Below, piece after piece: positions 38,402-50,398 of a stretch of DNA of 64,000 nt. The translations under genes were made by a program, and so were the position numbers. Each line of letters begins with the position of its first letter. Position 1 is the first letter of the stretch. The notes under the pieces are model-generated. The model had not been told where the DNA came from and did no database searches. It was given only the letters and a program-made list of their open reading frames with translations. Source of the stretch: Azolla caroliniana (lineage: Eukaryota; Plantae; Polypodiophyta); contig JBHGNT010000001.1 of assembly GCA_043228905.1 (NCBI GenBank), positions 4,774,001 through 4,838,000 on the forward strand, written 5' to 3'.

Positions 38402-41400
38402 ATATGGAAGCAATGGTGAGGACAAAGGAATGGGCTTTGGCATGTATTCATGGGTGTAGCTCTTTGTTCAAAGACGATGATGGTTTTGTAGTTTAGTGCA
38501 ACATATGTAACAAATGTTTGAGATGTGCGCATATTTACCAACATTTGTTACATTGGCGTTGCAAAAAAACCTTTTTCGGAATATATTAACACATCATGAA
38601 GCGAATGTGATGTATCCCAAACCATTTCATCCTTTCTTGTATCCATCTAGAACCCCCAAATTTGCCTTTATGTGTCTTTATATATCTTATGTGTGTGAGA
38701 GAGGGTGAGATAGAGATGTTTGACTCAAATGTAGCATATTACAAATGGAACCAAAGCGAAATATTTTTTATTACTGTGTCTAGAGTTGATAAGTAGATCA
38801 ATGTTCAGTAAATTGAAGATCAATCCATAAAGCACTATGTTGTAATGCAGGAGTCCTTGACTAAACATATGCAATCTAAGATACTATCTGAAAATAATAT
38901 GTAATCAATCACATTATTTTCATTGTTTTTTGACATGTGCAACTGTTTGTCTCATTATATAAAGTTGCACCATTTGCAAAGAGAATTATTATATTATACA
39001 TGTGTAATTTTGATGTTTCATACTTATGTGGCAACTTTCCATCCATAGACGTTCAAGCATACATGTGTGTATCGTCTCACATAATTGAAGTACATGATAT
39101 AATTTATATTGGTTGGGTATCGTATGTAATGCTCGTAGGAGCATTCATGTTACCAAAGACAATAACTTTTCAATTGGCTTTTGAAGTACGCAATCTCATA
39201 TTCCACAATGATAAAGGGTTTACCTATATCCAAAAAAGCATAAAAGTCAGGAACACAATGAGAAATGTATCATCCAAATAAAAAGGTAGAATGTCATTTG
39301 GGATCATTATTTTCAACCATATAAAATTGTTATGTCCATCATCATTGACAAAATAAAAATTATGATTTTCTTATCCCTTCTTGATTAAACACATCACCTC
39401 TTTTGCCCTCTTCATTGCCTCAAATGTTTGCTCCATATGACGGGGTACCATTGTATAAGTATTCATCGAAAGCTTGGATCCCTTGATCATCATGGTCTTG
39501 AGTTTCAAACAAGTATAATATTCAATTCATTACTTGGATCACATATGCCAATTCTAACATTGGTATCCATTGCAACTTTGAAAATAAAACTCATAGAAAT
39601 TATGGGTTAGACCCATGAGTCAAATATCCTTAGTGGTTCAACGACCTTGCTTCATCATTGTCCATCTTTTTTTGTCTTCTTGTAGATCCAGAAATTTTCT
39701 AGTTTTCTCCTTATATTCTTTGTCAGGAGCACACAAAAAGCATTCTGTACCTTTGAGGTAGATCCAACTATTGTCATTGATGTTGTTTTACAAATGTTCA
39801 ATCAATTGTAGTGCATACAATAGTTATTCTCCCAAGGGCATGCACCATATTTGCCAACTTTATGTGCCCCATGTAAAATAGTTCTATATATCCTTCAATA
39901 TGTGCTAAACAAATCATGAATAGAAATGATAATGGGGTATGGTATTTCCATGTTGCATACCAAATTTGGTATCCATAAAGAGGTGTGACTCGTGTGATGT
40001 GGTATGCGAGTTGGTGACAAACTACGTCATTGTTAGAAAAATTATACCAAGAACATTTAAAAGACCGAAGAAAATAAAAAGCAAAAAAGATGAGATTGGA
40101 CCTCTACATTGAAGTTGAAGGTAGACTTTGGATGGCCTAACTGAAAAACATGTGTGTTGCTTATGATCTTGGATTGCACGATGAGAGTTGTAACTGGGAA
40201 TTGAAAAGTGTCTTTGTTTAATGTCCTCGACGTTGATGTTTGATTGTCACTAAAATCTTGCGTATCATTTCTCATGACCACATGCACATGCACATGCACA
40301 AACACATAAGCATACACATACACGTGCACACTACACTACCTATTTATGAGCATACTCCTTTCTATGGAAAACATGACATAATTATATATTTCTAATCAAA
40401 ATAACATGTGGAGAAGGAATAGTAGAATATTCATTGATAACTTTATGAAATATTCTAAGAGCTTCATTTTTCATTTCAAGTTCACCCCAAGTGCTCAATT
40501 TTCCAGAAATAAGAAAAGAAAATTTATATTTGCGATGAGAATATGTTGCAGTACCAAGTTCCAACTTAATATTTCCATTTTGCTAATTGTTCACGCAAAT
40601 AATGTTGCTAACTAGCAAACTATCCAAAAACACTCACTAAAAGATAGGTGTAAAACCAATGGACAATTAATTCAAGATTAACTTACCCACAATTACATCT
40701 CCCCATCCCTAGTGTGTGTAAAACTAGTGGTCTAGAAATTATGTATGAAATGTACGGATGCTTTAACAAGATGTGAAAGCATTGAGTAATATAAGATATT
40801 GAAACATCATTGTTATGTTAGCACACATGTAACCTTTTAACCCTTAAGAGCATTATGGAAAAATATGACTAGAAATTTGGTATCTTGTCATGACTAACTT
40901 AATTAGAATTCCTAAACTAGATTGCGTTTTATTATGATACCTATAGTTAGGCTTACTTTATTAAGAAGGATTCAAAACTTATAAATATTTGTTAATGAAA
41001 GCAGCCCTTAGTCTTTCTACTTGTTGATTTCACGATATACAATTTTGATATTATGAAAAATACTAGGGGCATCATTGATATAACTCCATACTAGGGGGAT
41101 TTACGATATTTTTCCTAGAAATTAAGGTTTCCGCATAGATGTGGCCTTGTTTGTGAGAACTCACAATTTCTAACCTAGAAGACTTGAACTATTTAATGCT
41201 TGAAATGTATCTCGATCTAGTGGTGCAATAAATGTCATTTTGATGATCCATTATGCTTTAGCATGGCAAGCCATTTTTTCTCATCGTGGAACCATAATTT
41301 GACACCTCCAAAAATTGATTAACAAATCGTTTTTTTAGCCTTGAAACTTGCAAGAGGTATGAACTCCTCATGCTCCAACAAGACTTTGACGTCGAATATT

Positions 41401-42299
41401 CAATGAGCCATCTATTCTGGCCATGGCGCTAGCTTTCAACACCTCCAATATTTGAGCTATGACATCCTTTCATACACAACTCTAATGTTAGGCATGTTTT
41501 TTTTTTGACAAAACTACACCATAGTTTCCATGACCAATCCAATAAGCGTATACAAAACATATAATGATACAGTCTAATGGAGATATCCCCACTATGTCAT
41601 ACTTGAAACCAACCTCTGCCTATGGAGGAAACAAGCATCGAGGGGGTACATATTGACATACTGAATGCATAGGATTATTATTATTTAACCATACCTTAGC
41701 TGCAACCAGCATAAGTCGATTCATGTTATCTATGTTATTATGGCTTAGGTGGGGTATAACATGCATTGCTATATCCTTATCACACCATTATGGCACACAC
41801 CATTTTTATGCACTCATGTTAAATAGATTTAAGGCAAATTGGGGGATTGGTTGGGGTAAATGGTTAACTACTTACTATTTAGTGATATACTGTATGGAAT
41901 ATTCCACCAAGTCAAAGGCTAAAGCTCTATGTATTAGCAAACAATGTACGATCTCTAGGAAGATGAATCAAACTTATGTAATGAATGCCATGTAACTTGT
42001 TTTTTGGATGTAAAATAGTATCGATTGATCTCAAAATTTGTTATTCTTCAATGTCCTCATAATTAATGAAATATTAGTGGATTAATTTATCATTTGAAAA
42101 CTTTCCTCACTAGCCCCTAGGAAAGTGGGTGCAAAATAGTCATCACAAATGACTTCTTAAAAATTCATGGGTTACCTTACCGAAATTCTAAAATTGAAAC
42201 ATTGACGTACATATTGATGCTCTTGCGGTAAAGAATGTATCTGCTGCGGTTACGCTTCGCTTACTTTAGGCCACGAAAAGGGACCAATTGGGCCCCCAA

Positions 42300-43790
42300 A
42301 CTGGATGGATTCTAAACATCGATCTCAAACCTAGTTTCTCCTGCCACTAGAGGATAGATTTAGTGCATCCATGTGGAAGGCGTGGTGTGACATTAGACGA
42401 GGACTCAAGTGCGATCAACCCAATTCTGAACTTGCCTGGCTTAGTCAACGTATCCTATGGAACCCATGTATTAAGGATGAATCTAATCAACTAATTGGAT
42501 CAAGTAAGGGGCTGCCATGGGGATACATGCTAGAAGGTCCAGGAAAAAGTATAGAATGTTGGAGATGGTTTATATCATTGCCAATACAAGGCCAAGCCAA
42601 CATCCTCTATGGAATCAGGGGCGGATGGGCTATGAGATCTGAAATCATTAACGCTCTACTGATTAGGGAAGCTGCTCATCAAAGGACAACAACGGAGAAA
42701 TGGATAGGGTACAAGGAGGAGGGCTCTTTGATCCCAAGAGGTAGGGACACACCAGACCGAATCGAAGGCTTTGAATTACAGGACAACGAGACATCAACAC
42801 AACATAAGGCAATTCAAGTACTAGCATATACTGGGCAAAAATAGATTGTAGATCTTGATCCGATCAAAGTACAACCAGATTGGCACATATGTACTCATGA
42901 AAACACATGGCTACATAAGGTCAGTTGGGACCCTTTGCAATGGACATGGTGTGATCCTTACGCAGGGCAAGGAAGCAAACCTATCCCTTTCTTTCAATTC
43001 ACAACTAGATTGGGTTGCCATATTATAGCCGCTCAATCCGCCTGAGAGCCGGCTCCTGCAAAGGTCTGGCACACATATCATGTTCCTTACACAATTATCA
43101 CCAAGTTTTGGCAGAAACTCTGGAACCAACAACACGCGAGGCAAATCACCACTTTCCAATGGCTATTAATACATAAGTCACTACTGATTGGTGCATGGTA
43201 GCGTGGGGACCTCAACTCTCCTTATTGTGTAGCATGTCCAATGTATTAGAAACCACACGACATGCTCTATGGGACTGCCTAGAGTCCCATCGAATATGGT
43301 GGGGGGTTGGCCGCTTATTGCAATTATGCCAGGTCCAAGGCTCAATCAAGTGGGGGAATGTATGTTGGCTATCATGGCAGGCCCCAATTGACAGCTATGA
43401 GCATCAGGAAGAGGGGATGACTTTGGTTATAAAAGCACAAGAGATTTTTTCTCCACCATCGACAATATCCACTCAACTCCTATTAGTGCCAAATCTCAAG
43501 TTGTGTTGGACTTGGACAACCCAATAACTTGTTGGATTCTATGGAAACAACGGTGTAGACGGGTCTTTTCCAACCAAAGCACGCAACCAATAATGTTAAT
43601 GCAAGAGATATGGAGTGAAGTTGTAGCCACTCTAAAGAGCCAATATGATGGCCTCAAGGGCGACTTCGATAGAGTTGAAAGACAATGACTAGCCTTTATC
43701 CAACAATGGTCGTCTTCTCCTTTTCTTGAGGCAGTGGGCATCCACATAAGATGGACCTATCGTGTCCCTATAGGGATTTGTATATAATAT
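42300..43790 (+). mobile_element. L1-type LINE ORF2 C-terminal remnant (zf-RVT region), frameshifted
   Basis: SMWKAW, ILWNP, FWQKLW...FQWLLIH, CSMS...ETTRHALWDC and CWILWKQRCRRVFSN are typical plant L1 zf-RVT and 3' motifs, followed by an AT-rich tail. Confidence 0.8.
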
Positions 43791-44679
43791 CATTTGTAAA
43801 ATCTTTATAACTAATGGAAGGAGTTTTTTTTTGGAAAAAGAAGAAGAAAAAACAGAAAAGAATGTATCTAACATTATGATTGTGGTTTTAATTTGTGGGT
43901 CACATGCGTTTGATGTTGTATACATAAGAAACCTTTAAATTATTTTCAATTTGAGATAATGCACATTGACAATTTGTTCCTAAAAACATCTCTTTACAAC
44001 ATGGAAATTGACACATGTTCACAAATATAAAAGGTAAAATGATATGATAACGTTGCCTTTTTAGAGGTAATGCCAACAATGATGCGACTTGATTATCATA
44101 GGGATCCTTGTTCTTGCCTACGTAAAGATAAATGAGTCAATCGATTTCAAAACAAAACTTGATTACAATACTAAGTCCGATCAATATAAGTAACCTTCAG
44201 GGAGAAAAGGAAATATCAAATGACCATTTGATGCGACCTTAGCCCCATGTAAGTACCATTCTTGAGTTAAGTATTATTAAGAAGGATGGATTGCATTAAG
44301 TATTCTTTTTGGTACTTGGAAATTCTCCCTAATGACATTCTTGAAACCCATGCCCACCAATAAGCTCGAACATGCAACCTCCACTTAATGCAACACAAAC
44401 TTTTACCCAAGCTATTAGAGAGGGAGGTTTTAAAGTCACATGAATCTAATTACTACAAATCATATTAATTTGAATTTTCCTCAAAACTTAGATTAAGAGT
44501 TAAGGTGTTATTTGATTGGGTTATATATTAAAAGCGCAAACTTTTTATTGATGCTGAAGTTTTAGAGGGCAACATACATAAGTCATTCTTCTCATTTTTG
44601 GAATCAATGTGACAATATTAGAATTGCAACTAAAACAACTTAAGAACTTTCTTCTTTTAAATAGTAAGTCGTGTGGATT

Positions 44680-45378
44680 TAGGTGTGGATGTATGATGGA
44701 ATCAATTAAGCATGCATTGTGGACTTGTCGTAAAATTATGCAAGTTTGCCAGAGAGTATTAAGGCTGTTGATATTGATACATGCTAATTGTGTGATCACT
44801 TGGGGTGCGGTTAGGTGGGGCATTCTAGAGGGATAACTACTGTTATATGAATAGGAGGATATAGTGGAAGCCTTTCACATAGTTCCTCCTCATATACAAA
44901 TGGTTCAACCTTTTATAAGTGATAGTTTGCAATTTAGGGATGATATTATTTGGAAGACAATCTCATCTATTCTGATGTGGGTAATTTGGAAGGTAATTTT
45001 AAACTCAAGGTATCCACAACTTGAAATCACTCTCACTATGGCAAACCCCTTGCTTCAATATTTTGGACAATATCTCAAGATGCCATAATGAAGGGTGTAA
45101 TTAGGGATGATATTATTTGGAAGACAATCTCATTTATTTTGATGTGGGTAATTTGGAAGGTGCGATGCACATCAGTATTTGACAACACCACTCAAAATGT
45201 TTATGTTATAATTGCTCAATTATGGTTGTTACTTATTCATACATTACGTGGTCAGTATGAAAGTTTTACAGGCAATGATGCCATTTTCAAGAAGCAAATG
45301 CATTTTAAAAGTTTATGGGATTCAATGCTTACTTTTAGGGAAGATGGAGATCACATAATATGGATGTATACTATTCCT
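44680..45378 (+). mobile_element. Second L1-type LINE 3' remnant with internal duplication
   Basis: CGCMMESIKHALWTC, ITWGAVRW, ILMWVIWKVRC and LLIHTLRGQYE. Truncated where the copia gag begins. Confidence 0.75.
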
Positions 45379-45379
45379 A

Positions 45380-45696
45380 GAGAGAAGCTAGATTGAAACA
45401 ACTTTGCATCTTGGGAGTACAAGATGCACCAATACCTTGTCATCCAAGGAAAACAAGAAAACCGACCCGACCCGAAAGACGTTGACTACGTAACATGGGA
45501 GCAAGCGACAAGCCGAGTGATGTATTGCTTGACGACATGTGTTCACGACCACATGCTCAGCTACATTTGAGAAGTCGAGACGCCAAATGAAGTGTGGAAG
45601 AATCTATGAAGATTTTCGCTACCAACACAACCACGAGAACGCTTCAACTCCACCAAGAGTTGAACAACATCCAACAAAGGGATATGGCCATCACGA
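45380..45696 (+). mobile_element. Ty1/copia element, piece 1: gag N-terminus (5' LTR absent)
   Basis: EKLD*NNFASWEYKMHQYL...WEQATSRVMYCL..CVHDHMLSYI...LHQELNNIQQRDMAIT, interrupted by LTR A. Confidence 0.85.
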
Positions 45697-46348
45697 TGTC
45701 GTGAAGAAAACCGTCCCTTAGCGCAATCGGTGCATAGCGCGCGTGAACCGGCTCTTCACACGTGCGCGCCCCTTAATGTATATAAAAGAGAATTAGGTAC
45801 AAAGGCATATCCTAGGTAGTTAGATTCGGTAGGTAGGAAGTAAATGAGGGAGACGGCTCCCTTCTTGAAGCTATAAAGGAGAGGGAGACGCAGGGAGAAG
45901 GGATAGCGCATTGAGGAGGACGAAGTGCTGTCGGACCGTAACCGAATGCTTCTCCTCTGTTCATTCTCCATCGCTCTTCTCTACAGGATTTCGGGAGGCT
46001 CGCGTTGCTTCGAGGAATGCCCGTGTGCTTCCGGCAGCACCTCCATCCTATCCCCTTTCGTGCGCAGACGAGCAGGCATCGACATCTGTTTGCCGGCCTG
46101 TTTGGTTGTAACCGCTCGCGTGCTCTGTTGTTTTTTTTGTGTCATTTGTTAATATACAAACATTCGTGTCTCTCTGTCTCTGTGTCCATTCGTGTTTTCT
46201 GCGTTGACGGGCCGTGTCCCTGTGTTTCTTTGCTCATACGTAACCGGTCGTCTCTCTCTTTCTCTTTCCCCTCCTATCACCTGCTCTTCGGTTCAAGACC
46301 CCGGTGGTCCCGCCTCGTTTCTCCACGCACGCGCGTAGTAACGCGACA
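45697..46348 (+). repeat. 5' LTR of gypsy element A (652 bp)
   Basis: TGTCG...CGACA termini, TATAAA at ~45873, PBS immediately downstream, and a matching copy at 52797. Confidence 0.95.
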
Positions 46349-46352
46349 TATT

Positions 46353-46370
46353 TGGTGAACCTGACGTGAA
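46353..46370 (+). promoter_or_regulatory. Primer binding site complementary to tRNA-Trp (also at ~55768, 58277-58293(-) and ~61459)
   Basis: TGGTGAACC(T/C)GACGTGAA is the reverse complement of the plant tRNA-Trp 3' end (..TTCACGTCGGGTTCACCA, recalled). The copy at 58277-58293 is a perfect match. Confidence 0.85.
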
Positions 46371-46392
46371 CTAGGCGGTAGAGGAGCAGAAG

Positions 46393-48519
46393 ATGAGGGG
46401 GTCGGATCTTGCAGAGGCCATGGCTTCGGCCGTGGACCGGATAGTGAGCGCGCGCGAGGGCACTAGCGCCCTTGATAGGGCTATTGAGGCGATCGTCGGT
46501 ATGATCGGCCGGTTCAGTGGAAAGGATGCCACGAGTTATTTGGCATCCTACTGGGCGGAGATGTTGATGAGGGATATTCCGGAAGAGAGGCGTCTTGCCG
46601 GATTCCCTCGAGTGGCGATGCCGGGCATCCATGCGGAGGTGCTCGAGGTCCGGGCGGAGAGCCGGACCTGGGAGGAGTTCGAAGGACGGCTCTTGGAGAA
46701 ATACGGGCTAGATGACGCGCTTCGACTTTCGAAGCGGGGCTTCATGGAGTGGGTGGAGTCCCCCGACAAAGGAAGAAATGCGTCGGCCCTCCTCCGGGAG
46801 TTTGAGGATCGCTTTGCGCGCCTTTCGGCGCTCGATCAGACCGTTCTGGACACAAGTCGTGTCCTACTGTTTGTCAAATCGGTTGACGCACGGGATCGGG
46901 AGCAAGTGGGCTCCTTACTGGAAACCGAAGACGGGCTGACGGCCGACTTGGCCGCGGTAAAAAGAGTCTGCGGCCGTTTTGACAAACGGTGGGAGTGGGC
47001 TGATACAGGGGCGACTGGGGCGGGTCTTGTCGTAGCAAGGAAGCTCAAACCGATACCGCAGGCACGACGGGAAGAGACCCGGGAGTGGCTCGGAACCGGT
47101 TCGGCTTCGACCGGCGTGGTCAGAGGCTCGTCTGAGGGGACAACTTTGGAGGAGTTGACACGGGCAGTAAAGGATCTCCAGATCGCCCAGGCTTGGAGGG
47201 AAGGTGGTGAACAGGCTCGTGACTGACGGCCTCCGACAGGAAATAGGTGCATGTGGTGCGACGAGGTCGGCCACATCCGGAAAGACTGCGGGGACTTTGC
47301 GGAAGCTTTGAGAAGCCGGGTAGTGTACCTGTGGGAAGGTCGGGTGCACGCCAGCGATACCCGGAGGGCCCTGAACCGAAACGACGGGCGAGGAGGAATG
47401 AAAAGGCTGATGGAAGAGGCGGCGACCCGGCACGCGGAGACCGTCCACTACTCGGTGGCGGCCGGTATTCGGGTCGGTGGCAGCGAGGCCCGGAAGGAGA
47501 GCAAAGCCGGGTTCTGGCCGATGGTGCTGGAAGGCCTCGCCGGTGCCCGACTAAAGAAAGACGAGGCGGACCGCGCGGAGAAGCGGGTCCAGGAGGTAAC
47601 CGAGTGGAGTTACCCGGTCGAAGAAAAGACGGGTTTCGTCGAAGCAGCTTGCCAGAACTACGAGGCTCTGGTTGAAGACAAACGGGTAGGTAAAACCGGA
47701 GGGGCCGGACCCTCACAGAGATACGAAACCCGATTCAGGCCGAAACAAAACGAGGCCAGTGAGACCAGTGCCCGGGATAACCACAAGAAGGGCGGATACC
47801 GGTTGGGCACGAAGATTGAAAGGACCACAGACCTACGAAAGGTCCTAGAAGAACGAATCCTCGACAACAAGGTGGAACTGTCGTTGCGGGAGGTGCTCGG
47901 AATCGCCAAGAAGGAGTTCCACAACTCCATCGTAGACTTGGTGAAGAGGAAGAGGCTGTCGACGGAGACAGAACCGGAAAGGCCGGTGGAGGTGCGGACG
48001 ACGCACATGGAGGACATGGCACTGGAAGACGAGTGGGTGGAGAGCCACTACTCGAGGCCACACTGGGCCCGAGCGACCACGGAAACCCCGGTGAAGATCG
48101 GAGATGTTCAGGAACCGGTGGTGGCGCTGGTGGACCACGGTTCGGAAATAAACCTGATGTCCATGGACTTCTACAAGAAGGGGAAATGGCCGATCAACAC
48201 CAAGCACGAGTGGAAGATACGGGTGGCGACGCGCGCCACTGAGGAACTACACAGGGCCTGCCCAAATGTGCGAGTCAAGATCGACGACGTCGAGATAGAT
48301 CAACACTTCTTTGTGCAGGAGACGTCCTCGCACCTGGTCATACTGGGAGAACCGTACATTACGGCAGCGCGGATGGAGACCAAGGTGCTGGACAACGGGT
48401 TGGCTTACGCGAGGGTCAAGAGTCAGGACGAGCGTCATTCGGTCCAGTTCCTGATGGTGCGACCGAACCACGAGCGAAACCGCGAGTCCCTCGGTGGCGA
48501 GAACCGAGAGGATTTTTAG
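46393..48519 (+). pseudogene. gag: Gypsy A gag-protease ORF (one internal TGA at 47224-47226)
   Basis: ORFs 46393-47226 and 47251-48519 share a frame. Zinc-knuckle-like CMWCDEVGHIRKDC, aspartic protease ALVDHGSEINLM and ILGEPY. Ends GAG GAT TTT TAG. Confidence 0.9.
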
Positions 48520-49645
48520 AGAGGGCTGTCAAGGCGTGGGGCCGCGACAGTCCGGACACTCTGGGAAAACCCCACAAATTTACGATAGAGGCGAGACCGA
48601 AGAAACCTTGTACCATAAGTAGGAAGTTTTGTTTCTCCGACAACGGAGGGTGTACGATAGTCGGCGTCGTTGGCCGAGAAAAGACAAGGGCGAAAGAGCG
48701 ACTTCGGGCGTGCGGAGTTCTCGGGCCCAACGAGGAAATCAACGGAGCCGTGGAGGCGGTCTCCTTCGACGATACCTTGGGAATACTGCGAGAGGTGGTC
48801 GGAGAGGGCATTAAAGAGGACCGGACGATACCGGTTTGTTCAGAAGAGATGTACGAAGTCATCGCGGACTTCAGTCAAGGGCTCGAGTCGGATCGGGCGG
48901 CCCGGGTTAACACGAAGTACAAGACTGTGGACCGGAAGGTAAGGCCAATCGCGGCACCCTTACCGGAGGGCAGCGAGTTGCGAATCAAGGGGGTCGCGTC
49001 GGACCCCAGTTTACGAGATCCGGCTTGCATAGGACACGCCTTCACCGACAGAACGCTACGGGAGCTCAAAATCGGTGGGGGCGGGTTCCTACTGCCGGCG
49101 GAAGAAGACCGGTTTCGGAGAATGCTCGGAAGGCACGAGAAAGCCTTCGCATTCTCACCGGGAGTGATCGGGTGCGTAGACCTGACAGTCGTGAAGCGGA
49201 TGGTGATATTCACGGTACCGCATGTGCCGTGGAATCTCAAACCAATTCCGGTACCGAGAGCTCACATCCCGGAGCTGATGGAGCTGTTGAGGCAGAAAAT
49301 CGATATGGGCATCCTCGAACCGTCGAGTGCCCCGTACTCGAACCGGTGGTTTACCGTACCAAAGAAGAACGGGACGTTGTGCTTCATTCAAGACCTGCAA
49401 CCGGTCAACAGAGTGACCATTCGGAACGCAGGAATCAGACCAACGATAGACGAGTTCGCGGAGGCCTTCGCCGGAAGGTCGATCTACTCGGTCGGTGATC
49501 TGTACTCGGGGTACGATAAGTTCCAACAAGCCGTAGAGAGCAAAGACATTACGACGATGCGGACTCCTCTCGGCCTAGTGCGAATGTGTACCCTGCCACA
49601 AGGAGGGACGAACTCGGTGGCCCACATGGTGAATGCGATGAACAA

Positions 49646-50398
49646 CGTGGGAAGGGAGAAGAACAGTTGGGAGACAGGTCCCTCCGGATGGGAAGGGAGA
49701 AGAACAGTGCCGACGAACAAACTCGGCCGAGGCCGACATGCCGAGGCCGAATCGGTATGAACTGGATGGGGAGTACCCGACTGCGGAGAGCCGGATGATG
49801 TAGGCCCGGTATGAACCGGATGGGGAGTACCCAACTGCGGAGAGCCGGATGGTGTAGGCCCGGTATGAACCGGATGGGGAGTACCCGACTGCGGAGAGCC
49901 GGATGGTGTAGGCCCGGTATGAACTGGAGGAAGAGACATATTCGTAAATATGTTTCTGAGAGCCCATCGAGGCTACATTTGTAAATAGCCGAAAAGTCAT
50001 ATTAGTATAAATATGACTTAGGGCAAACTTTTAGTGTGTGTCGTTTTTGTTGTTGTTATTCTTCCTTGTTGGTGCAAGAAGAAGAGAGAGCGCGTAACTG
50101 TACAGAGAGAGAGAGAGAGAGACGAGGTCGTTGCCTCTGTTGTAACCGCCGCCTGTGGCGAAGATCTGAGAGCACGAGGTCGTTGCCTCAGTGAACTCAC
50201 TGTTGTATATTCCTACATCGTGACAGTTTGCAGCCTGTGGGCTGCCGTGGTTTTTCCCCTATTTTGGGGTTTTCCACGTAAACCTCCTGTGTACCATTTC
50301 TCTCCTTTGTGTCGCGTTTCATTACCTGTTTTTCTGTGTATGAAAAGAATCTCGGTTGTGGCCGAGCGTCGGACATAAGGAACGTCGAGTTCTCAACA
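49646..50398 (+). mobile_element. 5'-truncated copia-type solo LTR inserted in gypsy A RT
   Basis: Splits RT between HMVNAMN and ITMPFLDD. Contains TATAAATA, (GA)n and a GTGGTTTTTCCC..GGGTTTTCCACGTAAA hairpin, and ends GTTCTCAACA. Confidence 0.8.
49753..49928. repeat. 54-bp tandem repeat x3.25 inside the solo LTR
   Basis: CGGTATGAAC(T/C)GGATGGGGAGTACCC(G/A)ACTGCGGAGAGCCGGATG(A/G)TGTAGGCC starts at 49753, 49807, 49861 and 49915. Confidence 0.97.

Noticed and set aside
31500-42200. AT-rich region with short ORFs and possible DNA-transposon relics (for example ~37000-37300 and ~39400-40000)
   Set aside because: No catalytic motif, TIR or TSD could be identified by eye.
49753-49928. Regular repeats resembling a CRISPR array, and an 18-aa repeat ORF on the minus strand
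   Set aside because: Head-to-tail 54-bp units with no unique spacers, inside an LTR in a eukaryotic genome with no cas genes.
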